DNA of 16,304 bases from Gemmatimonadales bacterium (GTDB lineage: Bacteria; Gemmatimonadota; Gemmatimonadetes; Gemmatimonadales; GWC2-71-9): assembly GCA_039794085.1 (NCBI GenBank), contig JBDIWC010000071.1, positions 1 through 16,304 on the forward strand. The letters are read 5' to 3'. The notes under the pieces were generated by a model. The model saw only the letters and a list, made by a program, of their open reading frames with translations. It made no database searches and had not been told where the DNA came from. Numbering within the stretch: the stretch's first letter is position 1; each line of letters begins with the position of its first letter. Position numbers and translations under genes: made by a program. Of the stretch, positions 5,864 through 15,500 are shown one piece after another.

Positions 5864-6777
5864 TCCAGAACCTCACGCGCAGTTTCCCCCACCCGCCCGA
5901 TCTCTTCCAGAAGGGAACGCTCCTCGTTCGCGGGGATGCCCAACACCTCCAACACCGCCCCCGGCCGCACATGGGCCAGACCCTCGTGGGGAAGATCCAG
6001 CCCCGCCGCGCTGCACAGCGCCTCCGCGGCCCAGACCACCCGGACCACCGGGAGATGCGCCGCGGGACCCATGGCGGGATGGTGATGGAAGGTGACCGCA
6101 TCCACGATGGGGCGCGGAAAGGCCCAGCGACCGAGGAGCAACCCTCCGATCTCCCCATGATCGAGCCCGAGCCGGGCCTCTTCCACCTGCCACGCCGGTT
6201 CGGGACCAGCCGACACCTCCCGGGCGATGTCGCCGAAGAGACCGGGAAAATGGTGGGCCAGCACGAGATGCCCGACATCGTGCAGCAGCCCCGCGACATA
6301 GACGTCCACCCCCAGCATCGCGGCGGGAGAGAGCTCCTGAGCCAGCCGTTCGGCCACCATCCCCACCGCGATCGAGTGCTCCCAGAACCGTTGATAATCC
6401 AGCCCCCCATCCCGGCCCTCGAAGGCCCGCACCACGCCGAGCGCGATGCACACCGAGCGCACCTGATCCACCCCCAGGCTCCCGACCGCCTCGGCGATGC
6501 TGCCCGCCGCCGTCCCTCCCTGCGACAAGCGGACCGCGTTGGCAGCCGCGAGGGTCCGGCTCGCCAGGGCCGGGTCCCGCTCGATGATGCGGACCACCGA
6601 CGCCTCGGTGGTGTCGGTGCATTCCAGCGCCTGGTGCAACTGGAAGACGGCCACCGGAAGCGTGGGGAGCGGCGCATCGGTGCGCAGCAGATCCTGCAGC
6701 CCCCGGAAGAAGTTGTCCTGGCAGACGGGGCCCGGCTCGACAAGGTGAGTCCCCCCGCCATTCATCATCCCTCGCAT
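5854..6777 (-). CDS. HDOD domain-containing protein
   Basis: Motifs LPTLP, IERDPALASRTLAAAN, FWEHSIAVG, AGLLHDVG and DHGEIGG.LL..W.FP..I..AV..HH. Start is probably ATG 6777, 2 nt after the fliA stop; 6768 and 6765 are also possible. Confidence 0.9.
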   Translation of the reverse strand: MRGMMNGGGTHLVEPGPVCQDNFFRGLQDLLRTDAPLPTLPVAVFQLHQALECTDTTEASVVRIIERDPALASRTLAAANAVRLSQGGTAAGSIAEAVGSLGVDQVRSVCIALGVVRAFEGRDGGLDYQRFWEHSIAVGMVAERLAQELSPAAMLGVDVYVAGLLHDVGHLVLAHHFPGLFGDIAREVSAGPEPAWQVEEARLGLDHGEIGGLLLGRWAFPRPIVDAVTFHHHPAMGPAAHLPVVRVVWAAEALCSAAGLDLPHEGLAHVRPGAVLEVLGIPANEERSLLEEIGRVGETAREVLDEV

Positions 6778-6779
6778 CG

Positions 6780-7490
6780 TCAGGCCGCAGCAAGGGAGGG
6801 GTGCGCACGCAGATGGGCGAGCGCGCGTCGCCGGATCTGGCACACCCGCGACTCCGTCACCCGGAGCACCTCTCCGATTTGACCCAGGGTCAGGTTCTCG
6901 TAGAAACTCAACGCCAGCACCAACCGGTCCATCGGGGCCAACTGATCGAGAGCGCGTTGGACCTCCCACGTACGGGAGTCGTCCTCCAGCCCCGCGTCGG
7001 GAGCGGGAGACTCGTCCGCCGCGTCCAGGGTATGCCTTCTGCCTGCCATGTCCGTCTCCAGCGGCACCACCCGGCGGGAGTGCAGTGCATCCCGAAGGGA
7101 CCAGTACTCCCGGAGGGGAATGTCCATCGCCTCCGCGATTTCCGTCGCCGTGGGCAGTCGCTGGAGGGTGCCCGACAGCCGGGAAACCACCCGGGCCAGT
7201 TCCCGGGACCGGGCCCGCAGCGGGCGAGGGTAGGTGTCCCGCCCCCGCAGTTCATCCAGCATCGCGCCCTGAATCCGCTGCATGGCGAAGGTACTGAACG
7301 CCAGCCCCCGGGAGGGATCGAACCGCTCGACGGCCTGGAGAAGTCCCAGGGTCCCGGCACTGATCAGTTCGTCCTCATCGACCGCCCCTTCCCCCTTCGA
7401 GGCCATGCGCCGAGCGGCCCGATAGACCAGGCGCAGGTGTCGGGTGGCGAGCTCGCCCCGGGCCGTTGCACCATCGGTGATTTTTTCCAC
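6780..7490 (-). CDS. fliA: FliA/WhiG family RNA polymerase sigma factor (sigma-28)
   Basis: DELISAGTLGLLQAVERFDPSRGLAFSTFAMQRIQGAMLDELR; LQRLPTATEIAEAM; FYENLTLGQIGEVLRVTESRVCQI. GTG start with GGAGG RBS at 7495-7499. Confidence 0.93.
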   Translation of the reverse strand: MEKITDGATARGELATRHLRLVYRAARRMASKGEGAVDEDELISAGTLGLLQAVERFDPSRGLAFSTFAMQRIQGAMLDELRGRDTYPRPLRARSRELARVVSRLSGTLQRLPTATEIAEAMDIPLREYWSLRDALHSRRVVPLETDMAGRRHTLDAADESPAPDAGLEDDSRTWEVQRALDQLAPMDRLVLALSFYENLTLGQIGEVLRVTESRVCQIRRRALAHLRAHPSLAAA

Positions 7491-7524
7491 AATGCCTCCG
7501 TGTCGGTGACTTCCAACACAGGGG

Positions 7525-7540
7525 GCAATCGCCTTGCCAA
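7525..7540 (-). promoter_or_regulatory. Sigma-54 (-24/-12) promoter upstream of fliA
   Basis: Minus strand TTGGCAAGGCGATTGC has exact GG-N10-GC spacing with TGGC and TTGC. Predicted +1 is near 7513, about 23 nt before the fliA start. Confidence 0.75.
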
Positions 7541-7630
7541 TTGGCTACATAGTAGTTTTCAACAACACATAGCATTTATGCGCATAGCATTAGCGAAGTT
7601 TTCTACACACACGGATGGTCCAGGATCATA

Positions 7631-7663
7631 CGGAAATGGATTCCGATTCGGAAAACGATTCCG
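7631..7663. promoter_or_regulatory. Tandem palindromes, putative upstream activator sequence for a sigma-54 enhancer-binding protein
   Basis: CGGAA-ATGGA-TTCCG (7631-7645) and CGGAA-AACGA-TTCCG (7649-7663), centred about 125 and 143 nt upstream of the predicted sigma-54 start site. An AT-rich spacer lies between them and the promoter. Confidence 0.6.
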
Positions 7664-7666
7664 GTA

Positions 7667-9046
7667 CTATCGACCCTCTCCATCCCCTTTGTTCAGCTTG
7701 TTCCGGAGAGTCCGATCCGTAATGCCCAGCAGTGCAGCTGCCCGGGTCCTGTTCCCCCCGGTCCGAGCCAGGGCCCGCTCGATGGCGTTGGCCTCAAGGT
7801 CTCGCAGGTTGAGAACGCCCTCGGCCGCAGGTTCCTGGCCCTCATCGGCGGGACTCGGAAGGGCGGGATCGCGAGCCCCGGACATCTCGGAGTCGAGCAG
7901 GGCTTCGAAGGCCAGCGACCGGCCCCGCCCGAGCACCACCCCGCGCTCCACCACATTGGCCAGTTGGCGCACGTTGCCGGGCCAGTCCCGCGCCTGCAGC
8001 TGCGCCAGCACGGCGGGACTGATCTCGGGCGCGGTGACACCAAGCTGAGCCGCGGCCCTCTCGGCGAAGTGGTGCACCAGCATCGGAATGTCCTGTCGGC
8101 GCTCGGCCAGCGGGGGAAGCCGGATCGGAACCACACTGACCCGGTAGAAGAGATCCTCGCGGAACCGTCCCTCCTTCACCTCGGCGGCCAGATCGCGGTT
8201 GGTCGTCGCCACCAGGCGGACGTCGACCCGGATCGGCCGGTCCCCGCCGATTCGTTCGAACTCCTGCTCCTGGATCACCCGAAGGAGCTTGGACTGCAGG
8301 TCGAGCCGCATCTCCGAAATTTCGTCGAGGAGGAGGGTGCCCCCATCGGCACGCTCGAAGGCCCCCTTCACCCGGCCGATGGCCCCGGTGAACGCTCCCT
8401 TTTCATGCCCGAACAGCGCGCTTTCCACCAGACCCTCGGGAAGGGCGGCACAGTTCAGGGTGATGAAGGGACCGGTGTGGCGGGAACTCTGGTCGTGGAG
8501 CGCCCGGGCAATGAGTTCCTTGCCCGTACCCGACTCCCCCTGGAGCAGCACGGTCGTCCGGGTGGGCGCCACGGTGGTCACCGTATCGAGGACGCCGCGC
8601 ATGACCGCACTCTCGCCGAGAATGGACTGCCGGCTCCGGAGGGCCTGCAGCTCCAGCTTGACCGCGTCGTTTTCTCGCTGGAGCCGCACCACGGCCAAGG
8701 CCTGGTTCACGGCAATACGGAGCGTTTCCGAGCGGATCGGCTTGGTCAGATAGTCGATGGCCCCGTGGCGCATCGAGGTCACCGCATGCTCCACACTCGA
8801 GTACCCGGTCATGATGATGACTGGAATACCTCTCTCTTCCCGTTCCAGAACCTCCAGCAGATCGAGGCCCGTCGTTCCGGGCATGCGGTAGTCGGTGATG
8901 ATCAGGTCGATCGCCACCCGGCCGACGATATCGAGGGCGCCGGCGACGGAGGTCGCGATCCGGGGGGTGTGGCCAAACCCCCGCAACGCCTGTTCCAGCA
9001 CGCGTCCCACAGCTTCATCGTCATCGACGCACAAGATGGTGGCCAT
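7667..9046 (-). CDS. Sigma-54-dependent response regulator (NtrC/AtoC/FleR family: REC + AAA+ + Fis-type HTH)
   Basis: REC: ILCVDDD...DLIITDYRMPG...IIMTG...YLTKP. Walker A GESGTGKE; ESALFGHEKGAFTGA; Walker B TLLLDEI; FREDLFYR; WPGNVRQL; HTH GNRTRAAALLGITDRTLRNKL. Start ATG 9046, or GTG 9055. Confidence 0.95.
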   Translation of the reverse strand: MATILCVDDDEAVGRVLEQALRGFGHTPRIATSVAGALDIVGRVAIDLIITDYRMPGTTGLDLLEVLEREERGIPVIIMTGYSSVEHAVTSMRHGAIDYLTKPIRSETLRIAVNQALAVVRLQRENDAVKLELQALRSRQSILGESAVMRGVLDTVTTVAPTRTTVLLQGESGTGKELIARALHDQSSRHTGPFITLNCAALPEGLVESALFGHEKGAFTGAIGRVKGAFERADGGTLLLDEISEMRLDLQSKLLRVIQEQEFERIGGDRPIRVDVRLVATTNRDLAAEVKEGRFREDLFYRVSVVPIRLPPLAERRQDIPMLVHHFAERAAAQLGVTAPEISPAVLAQLQARDWPGNVRQLANVVERGVVLGRGRSLAFEALLDSEMSGARDPALPSPADEGQEPAAEGVLNLRDLEANAIERALARTGGNRTRAAALLGITDRTLRNKLNKGDGEGR

Positions 9047-9082
9047 GCGGGGCACCGACCTCCACTGGGGGTGATCTGTCGG

Positions 9083-9111
9083 ATAGTATCCGCGGGCGGG
9101 GCGGGTGGCAA
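9083..9111 (-). promoter_or_regulatory. Sigma-70-type promoter for the sigma-54 activator gene
   Basis: Minus strand TTGCCA-N17-TACTAT, each hexamer close to consensus. It is followed by a GGAGG RBS and the start codon. Confidence 0.65.
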
Positions 9112-9127
9112 CGGTCCCCCTCGGCCT

Positions 9128-9154
9128 TCAGGAACCGGACCGGGCTGCCGACAC
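9128..9154 (+). promoter_or_regulatory. Candidate sigma-28 promoter
   Basis: TCAG-N15-GCCGACAC versus consensus TAAA-N15-GCCGATAA. It points toward the plus-strand receiver-like gene. Confidence 0.45.
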
Positions 9155-9207
9155 TGAGAGAGTACCACCGCCGTCCAGCCTGAATCGCGACACCGGGCGG
9201 CGGAGAC

Positions 9208-9357
9208 ATGCGAGATCAGGAGCGAGCAGATCCCATGACGACCCCCACCCCGTGGCCCCTTCCCCACTCGACCTCCCGGCCCTGGGAACAGCCCGAGCCG
9301 GTCCAGGGCGGCCACCGGGACGATGCCCCACCCCCGCGCGAAGGGTCCCCCCCATGA
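9208..9357 (+). CDS. Possible small Pro-rich ORF (49 aa, or 40 aa from ATG 9235) coupled to the receiver-like gene
   Basis: MRDQERADPMTTPTPWPLPHSTSRPWEQPEPVQGGHRDDAPPPREGSPP*. GGAG and AGGAG precede the two ATGs, and its TGA overlaps the next ATG (ATGA at 9354-9357). No recognisable homology. Confidence 0.25.
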   Translation: MRDQERADPMTTPTPWPLPHSTSRPWEQPEPVQGGHRDDAPPPREGSPP

Positions 9358-9770
9358 CCGCCACCACCAGCCTTCCGATTCCGGGGCGGGAGGCCCTCGA
9401 CTACTCGAGCCGGCCCGCTCGCGTTCTCGTGATCGATGACGAGGCCCTCATGCGGACCATGCTCGCACGCTACCTTCCCCGGATCGGGTACGATGCTGTG
9501 GCCATCCGGTCGTGCCGAGAGGGGTGCGCGCTGCTCGAGGGGGAAACCTGGCATGCGGTGGTGATGAGCATGCCTTTGGCCCGCGGAACCTCAGGAAGAC
9601 GATTTGTCGTCTTCCGGGAACCCGGCGGTACCGACGGAACTTCCGCCGACACCCCATTGCCGCAGGTGCTCACTGCTCCGTTCCGATTGGAGGACATCGG
9701 GGAGGCACTCCGGCTGGTTGGGGTTGCGCCGTGGCGCGAGAATCAGAGGGTCACCACCGTGCGAGGCTGA
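9354..9770 (+). CDS. Atypical stand-alone receiver (CheY-like) domain protein
   Basis: RVLVIDDEALMRTMLARYLPRIGYDAVAIRSCREGCALLEGETWHAVVMS...VLTAPFRLEDIGEALR follows the REC fold pattern. The phosphoacceptor Asp and conserved Lys appear replaced. Overlaps the solA 3' end by 20 nt. Confidence 0.65.
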   Translation: MTATTSLPIPGREALDYSSRPARVLVIDDEALMRTMLARYLPRIGYDAVAIRSCREGCALLEGETWHAVVMSMPLARGTSGRRFVVFREPGGTDGTSADTPLPQVLTAPFRLEDIGEALRLVGVAPWRENQRVTTVRG

Positions 9771-10869
9771 ACTCCGGAGGAAGGTCGCGGCCGGACCCGA
9801 GCCCTGCCGTAGCGGCAACCAGGCCACCGATCGCAGGGGCAAACTTGAACCCGTGACCCGAGCAGGCGCTCACCAGCATGACGTTCGCGTGCTCGGGGTG
9901 GCGGCCGAGGGTGAAGTGACCGTCGGGTGTGGACGTGTAGAGGCAGACCTCCGCTCCCGCCGGCTCCCAGGAATCCCACGGGAGGAGACCTTTCACCAGG
10001 TGCCGAATCTCCTGAACCTCCTCGGTGGTGACCGTGCGGTCCACCTGGTCCGGGGTGGTGATCCGTCCGGGGTGGTGCACCGCCGCCTTGAGGCCATGTC
10101 CCACATCGGGAAGTCCGTACAGAATCCGCCCCGCGGCATCCTCCCGGAGGAAAACCGGCAAACGGCCCGCCCGCGACCGGTTCCGCCTCTCGGGCGTGAA
10201 CCACGCCACCACCTGTCGCGTGACGGTGAGCGGAAGGAGGCCGAGGGGAAGCAGCTCGGGCATCCAGGCCCCCGTGGCGAGAATGAGAGTCTGAGCCCGG
10301 AGCGTGGTGCGACCCGTCCGAACCGTGACGACATCGGGCGTGGCGGACCACGAGCGGATCGGGTCATCAAACCGGAGGTCGGCGCCAAGTCTCCGGGCCT
10401 GATCCAGCGCCGCCCTGATGCACGCCTCGGGGAAGAGCACTCCGGCGCCGGGCTCCCGCATCGCCGCCTCCCCCGCCCGCCGGGTCCAGTCGGCATCCAC
10501 CGGTGCCGGAGCATCGGGAGGAAAGAGGTCGTGGGGCACCGCATGTTCCGCCGCGCTGGCTCGCGCCCCGCGCAGCAGGGGGCCGTCCGGAGAGCCCAGC
10601 AACAGTCCCCCGGTTTCCCGAAAGAGCTCCCGGCCGGACAACTCCTCCAGCCGGCGCCACTCCGCCCGCGCTGCGCGGACCAGCGGAACGTACGCGGCTC
10701 CCTCAGAGTACGCCTCACGGAGAATCCGGGTCCGCCCCCCACTGCTCCCCTTCGCGTGGGGAGGCGTGAACCGGTCGAGGCCCACGACCCTCACCCCCCG
10801 TTCAGAGAGCCGCCAACTGATGGCGCTCCCCATGGCGCCCAGCCCCGCCACCACAACGTCCGCCGTCAT
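9751..10869 (-). CDS. solA: N-methyl-L-tryptophan oxidase / monomeric sarcosine oxidase family FAD-dependent oxidoreductase
   Basis: DVVVAGLGAMGS (FAD-binding GxGxxG), GSSGGRTRILR, CLYTSTPDGHF (covalent-FAD Cys motif) and SGHGFKFAP. GAGGTG RBS before ATG 10869; 372 aa. Substrate not determinable from sequence. Confidence 0.88.
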   Translation of the reverse strand: MTADVVVAGLGAMGSAISWRLSERGVRVVGLDRFTPPHAKGSSGGRTRILREAYSEGAAYVPLVRAARAEWRRLEELSGRELFRETGGLLLGSPDGPLLRGARASAAEHAVPHDLFPPDAPAPVDADWTRRAGEAAMREPGAGVLFPEACIRAALDQARRLGADLRFDDPIRSWSATPDVVTVRTGRTTLRAQTLILATGAWMPELLPLGLLPLTVTRQVVAWFTPERRNRSRAGRLPVFLREDAAGRILYGLPDVGHGLKAAVHHPGRITTPDQVDRTVTTEEVQEIRHLVKGLLPWDSWEPAGAEVCLYTSTPDGHFTLGRHPEHANVMLVSACSGHGFKFAPAIGGLVAATAGLGSGRDLPPEFSLARW

Positions 10870-10879
10870 GGTCGTCACC

Positions 10880-11407
10880 TCAGGGTGCGCGCAGCAGTCG
10901 CTCCGGGATGGGGTTGTTCGGTGTTTCCGCCTCCCAGAAGATAGTGACGATCCACCAGCGCGATCCATCCCAGAAGAGCTGGAAGCTGTTCACCCCGCGC
11001 TGGAACGGCGCCGGGTCTTCCGCGGTACGGCGCGAGTCGTAGGCGCTCATGAAGTGCACGATGTTCCCGTACCGCTCCGCCACCCGGCCGATCTCCCGCT
11101 CGAAGAACCCCTGCCCCTCCATGCCCGGCGTGGCCCGGGTGATGAACTCCTCCACCGTGAGCGAGGTGGCCACGCCGACGCCATTCTGGCGGCCCGTCGG
11201 GATGAGGCGAGCTCCGGGATGGAAGAGGGGACGGAAACGAGCCCAGTCCCTCGGCACTCCGGCCGGCCCGGAAATCGCCTCGTAGACGGCCCGGGTGATC
11301 CCATCGATCGAGGCGATGTCCTCCGGTCGCGGACCCTGGGCTGGAGCCGAGGCGGGGAGAATCCCCCCGAGCAGGACAAGGCAGAGCAGTGCGGATCCTC
11401 TTCTCAT
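10880..11407 (-). CDS. Exported hypothetical protein, NTF2/SnoaL-like fold
   Basis: AGGAG RBS; signal peptide MRRGSALLCLVLLGGILPASAPA-Q; pattern SIDGI..A.YE.ISGPAG..RDW.RFR.LF...F.E.EI....E.YGNI.H..S.Y...RGVNSFQL..DG.RWWI..I.W. Fold assignment is from recall of the family. Confidence 0.8.
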   Translation of the reverse strand: MRRGSALLCLVLLGGILPASAPAQGPRPEDIASIDGITRAVYEAISGPAGVPRDWARFRPLFHPGARLIPTGRQNGVGVATSLTVEEFITRATPGMEGQGFFEREIGRVAERYGNIVHFMSAYDSRRTAEDPAPFQRGVNSFQLFWDGSRWWIVTIFWEAETPNNPIPERLLRAP

Positions 11408-11442
11408 GGGACAGTCTCCTGGGTTGGGTGCCTGCGGGCACG

Positions 11443-12555
11443 TCAGGGATTGCTCACCTCGTCCCGGGTGGGACGGAGCAGTGTGCGCTCCACCACGGTG
11501 GCCGACACGGGGGAGCCGGGCTGGAGGCGCACCTGACCCGCCACCACCACCTGCTCCCCCGACGCGATGCCACTCCGAACCTCCACGAACCCTGGCGTGC
11601 GCACGCCGAGGGTCACTTCCCGACGCTCGGCCTGGCCGTTCGTCACTACCCACACGAAGGTTCCCTGGTCGAGCGGGACCACCGCGTCCTCCGGGATGAC
11701 CACAGCCTCGGGCCGGGTTTCCGTGGCGAGGCGGAGTTCCAGGAACATCCCGGCCTGCAGATCCCGGTTCGGATTCGGGACCTGTGCCTTGATCAACACC
11801 GTGCGGGAGGAGGGGTCGATGGCGGGGGAGACGAAGTCGACCCGTCCCCGCCAGGTGCGCCCCGGGAGTGCCGCCACCCGAAAGGTGACCTCCTGTCCCA
11901 CCCTCACCTGATCAGCGAACCGCTCGGGAACGCTGAACGCCGCTCGCTGAGGGTCGACAGTCTGCAGCGTCATGAGCGGGGTGGCCGGGGTCACCATGTC
12001 TCCCAGGCTGATCCGGCGCTCCCCCACTACCCCCGCAAAGGGAGCACGCACGACCGTCCGCTCGAGCTGGATGGTGAGAAGGTCGAGGGAGGCCTGGGTA
12101 CTCCGGGCCGTGGCCTCCGCCCGTTCCATCTCCTCCCGGCTGATCCCGTCGAGTTTCAGCAGTTCCCGGGATCGGGCCAGCGCCTGGGCCGCCAGATCCC
12201 GGTCTGCTTCGGCCCGGGCCACCTGCGCGCGGAGGGCGGCATCGTCGATCTGAACCAGGGGAGTGCCCTCGCTCACCGTCGCACCCTCGCGGACCCGGAT
12301 CGCCGTCACCCGCCCATTCACCTCCGGTTGCAGCGCGATGGCCTGGACCGCCTCGACCTGTCCGGTGGCCGCGATCGCATCCACCACCGTGTCGGTGCGT
12401 GCCACCACCACCTCAACCGAAACCGGAGGAGGTCCTCCCCCGCCCCCGCGGGCATCGGCCTCCTGCCCGCAGGCCGCGACGGTCACTGCCAGGAGCGGAC
12501 CCCACACACGCCACACGGGCGGCACCCGTCCCCACAAGAGAGCGGCCATGTTCAT
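11443..12555 (-). CDS. RND efflux periplasmic adaptor (membrane fusion protein) lipoprotein
   Basis: Lipobox VAAC; EVNGRVTAIRVREGATVSEGTPLVQID; VRAPFAGVVG; VIPEDAV; GIASGEQVVVAG. ATG 12555 overlaps the permease stop (ATGA). Confidence 0.93.
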   Translation of the reverse strand: MNMAALLWGRVPPVWRVWGPLLAVTVAACGQEADARGGGGGPPPVSVEVVVARTDTVVDAIAATGQVEAVQAIALQPEVNGRVTAIRVREGATVSEGTPLVQIDDAALRAQVARAEADRDLAAQALARSRELLKLDGISREEMERAEATARSTQASLDLLTIQLERTVVRAPFAGVVGERRISLGDMVTPATPLMTLQTVDPQRAAFSVPERFADQVRVGQEVTFRVAALPGRTWRGRVDFVSPAIDPSSRTVLIKAQVPNPNRDLQAGMFLELRLATETRPEAVVIPEDAVVPLDQGTFVWVVTNGQAERREVTLGVRTPGFVEVRSGIASGEQVVVAGQVRLQPGSPVSATVVERTLLRPTRDEVSNP

Positions 12556-15500
12556 GCCTCGAGAGCGGAAGGTACCGCCACCCGCGTTCCCCACACCCGT
12601 TGACGAAGGTGTTCAAACGCGATGTAGATGATCGGCACCAGAAAGAGCGTCAGCACGGTGGACACCAGAATTCCTCCCACAATCACGTACCCCAGCGGCT
12701 GCCGGCTCTCCGACCCGGCCGCGAGCCCGAGCGCGATCGGCAGGGCGCCGAACACCGTGGAGACCGCGGTCATCAGGATCGGCCGGAGCCGGACACGCCC
12801 GGCCTCACACACGGCCCCGACGAGATCCATGCCCCGGTCCCGCAACTGGTTGGTGTACTCCACCAGGAGGATGGAGTTCTTGGAGGCGAGGCCGATGAGG
12901 AGAATCATCCCGATCTGGCTGTAGAGGTTCAAAGTGGATCCGGCCAGCAGCAGGGTGACGAGGGCGCCCGTCACCGCCAGCGGCACCGCCATCAGCACCG
13001 TGAACGGATGGATGAGCGACTCGAATTGCGCCGCCAGCACCATGTACACCACCAGCAGGGCGAGCAGGAAGGCGAAGTAGAGGGCGTTGCCGCTCTCCTC
13101 GAACTCCCGGGACTCACCCGCCAGCGCCGTGGCCGAGCCCCGGGGCAGTACCTCGGTCGCCACCCGCGCGAGGGAATCGAGCGCGGTCCCCAAGGTGAAC
13201 CCCGGGAGAAGGCTCGCACTCAGGGTGTAGGAGCGCACCCGGTTGTAGTGCAGGAGCGAGGAGGGGCCCACCCCCTCGGCCACCCGGGCCACGGAGCTCA
13301 GGTTGACCAACTCTCCGCCGACACCCCGGACGTACAGATTCTGCATGTCGGACGGGGTGGCACGCTCCTCGGGCCGGATCTGGACCACGACATCGTAGAG
13401 CTTGTTGTCGCGGGTGAAGGTGTTGACCCGCCGGCCGCCGAGCATCGTCTCCAGGGTGGACCCCACGGCCTGCACGCCGACCCCGAGATCCTCCATCCGG
13501 TCCCGTTCGTACTCCACCACGAGTTCCGGCTTGTCCACCTTCAGGTTGATGTCCACATTCACGAGCCCCGGAATCCGGCGCGCCCGGGCCAGGAAGGGCT
13601 GCATGCTGGCGGTCAGCGAATCGAAATCGGGATGCTGGACCACGAACTGGAGCGGCGCCGAAAACCCTCCTCCGAGGGGTGAGGGATTGAAGGCGAAGGC
13701 CTGGATACCGGGGATCGCAAACAACTGCGGGAGGACACTCCCCACCACCTCGTCGGTGCTCCGCTCCCGAACCGACCAGTCGGTCAAACGGCTGAAGAGG
13801 ATCCCACCCGCCACGTTCCCGCCAAAGCCGATCACACTGAAATACGTGTCCACTTCCGGCGTGGCGTCCAGAATCGCCTCCACCTGGCGCTGATACCCGT
13901 CGGTGTACTCCAGGGTGGATCCCTGGGGCGCCTGGGTGGTTGTGATGAAGGATCCCCGGTCCTCCGGAGGCAGGAACTCCTGCTCCAGTGCCAGGAATGC
14001 GCCCACAGCCACGAGGAGTGACCCCACGGCTCCCCCCAGGATCCACCCCCGGTGCCGCACCGCCCAACCGAGCGCCGCCGCGTATCGGTCGGCGATCCGG
14101 ACGAAGATCGCCTCGAACCGCTGAAAGACCGGACCGTGGGTATCGGGCACGCGCAGGATCTGGGCGCAGAGCATCGGAGTGAGACTGAGCGCCACGAAGC
14201 TCGAGACGATCACCGCGGCGGCGAGCGCGATCCCGAATTCGTTGAACAGCCGCCCGGTGGTCCCTTGCAGGAAGGCCAGGGGAGCGAACACCGCCACCAG
14301 CGCCACGGTGGTGGCGATCACCGCGAAGGCGATCTCGTTGGTTCCGGTGCGCGCCGATTCGACCGGATCGTCGTGCAGCTCCTCCTGGTGCCGGTAGGCA
14401 TTCTCCAGCACCACGATGGCGTCATCCACCACGAGCCCGATGGCCAGGATGAGGGCGAGGAGGGTGAAGTTGTTGATGGTGAACCCGAGGGCCAGCATCA
14501 GAGCAAAGGTGGCAATGATGGAGACGGGGATCGCCACCGCGGGGATGATGGTGGCGCGGACATTCCGGAGAAAAACGAAGATGATGACGACCACCAGAAC
14601 CCCGGCGAGCACCAGAGTATTGAGCGTTTCGGCAATCGTGCGTTTGACGTACTCCGAGCTGTCAAAAGTCGGGGTGATCGTCACCCCCGGCGGGAGCGCT
14701 TCCTCGATGGCCGGCAGGGCCTCCCGAATCGCATCGGCCACCTCCACCAGATTCGCCTTCGATTGCCGGACCACCCCCACGGCCACGGCGGTCTCTCCCT
14801 GGAACCGGAGCGCCCCACGCTCATCCCGCGGACCCAGCTCGACGGTGGCCAGGTCCCGAAGCTTGACCAGTCGCCCTCCCTGGTTGGCCACCACGATCTC
14901 CCGGAACTCCTCCGGAGTGCGCAGTTCACCGAGGGAACGGATGGAGAACTCGCGGCGCGACGATTCGATGCGGCCCGCGGGAATCTCCACATTCCGGGTC
15001 CGGATCGCGTCCTCCACATCCTGCACGGTGAGCCCCCGCCCGGCCAGGGCCGTCGGGGAGAGCCACACCCGCATGGCGAAGCGCCGCTCCCCGAACACCT
15101 GGGCCCGCCCCACCCCGGGGATGGTCTGCAAGGGGGCCTTGACCAGCCGGTCCGCGATGTCCGAGAGATCCATCAACGAGTAGTTTGTTCCGGTCAATGC
15201 GAGCCAGAAGAAGGGCTGGGCATCGGCATCCTGCTTGGCGATCACCGGCTCCGTCACTTCCCGCGGGAGCCGCCCGCGCACCCGGCTCACCTTGTCCCGC
15301 ACATCCTGCGCGGCGCTCTCCACGTCCCGGGACAGGACAAATTCGAGCACGATGTTGCTCGACTGTTCGCTGCTCGTGCTGGTGATGGTCCGCAGCCCCT
15401 CAACGGTGCTGAGCTCCTCCTCGAGCACGTCGGTGATGGCCGATTCGACCACCCGCGGGTTGGCCCCCGGCAGTCCGGTCGAGACCGAGATGATCGGCGG

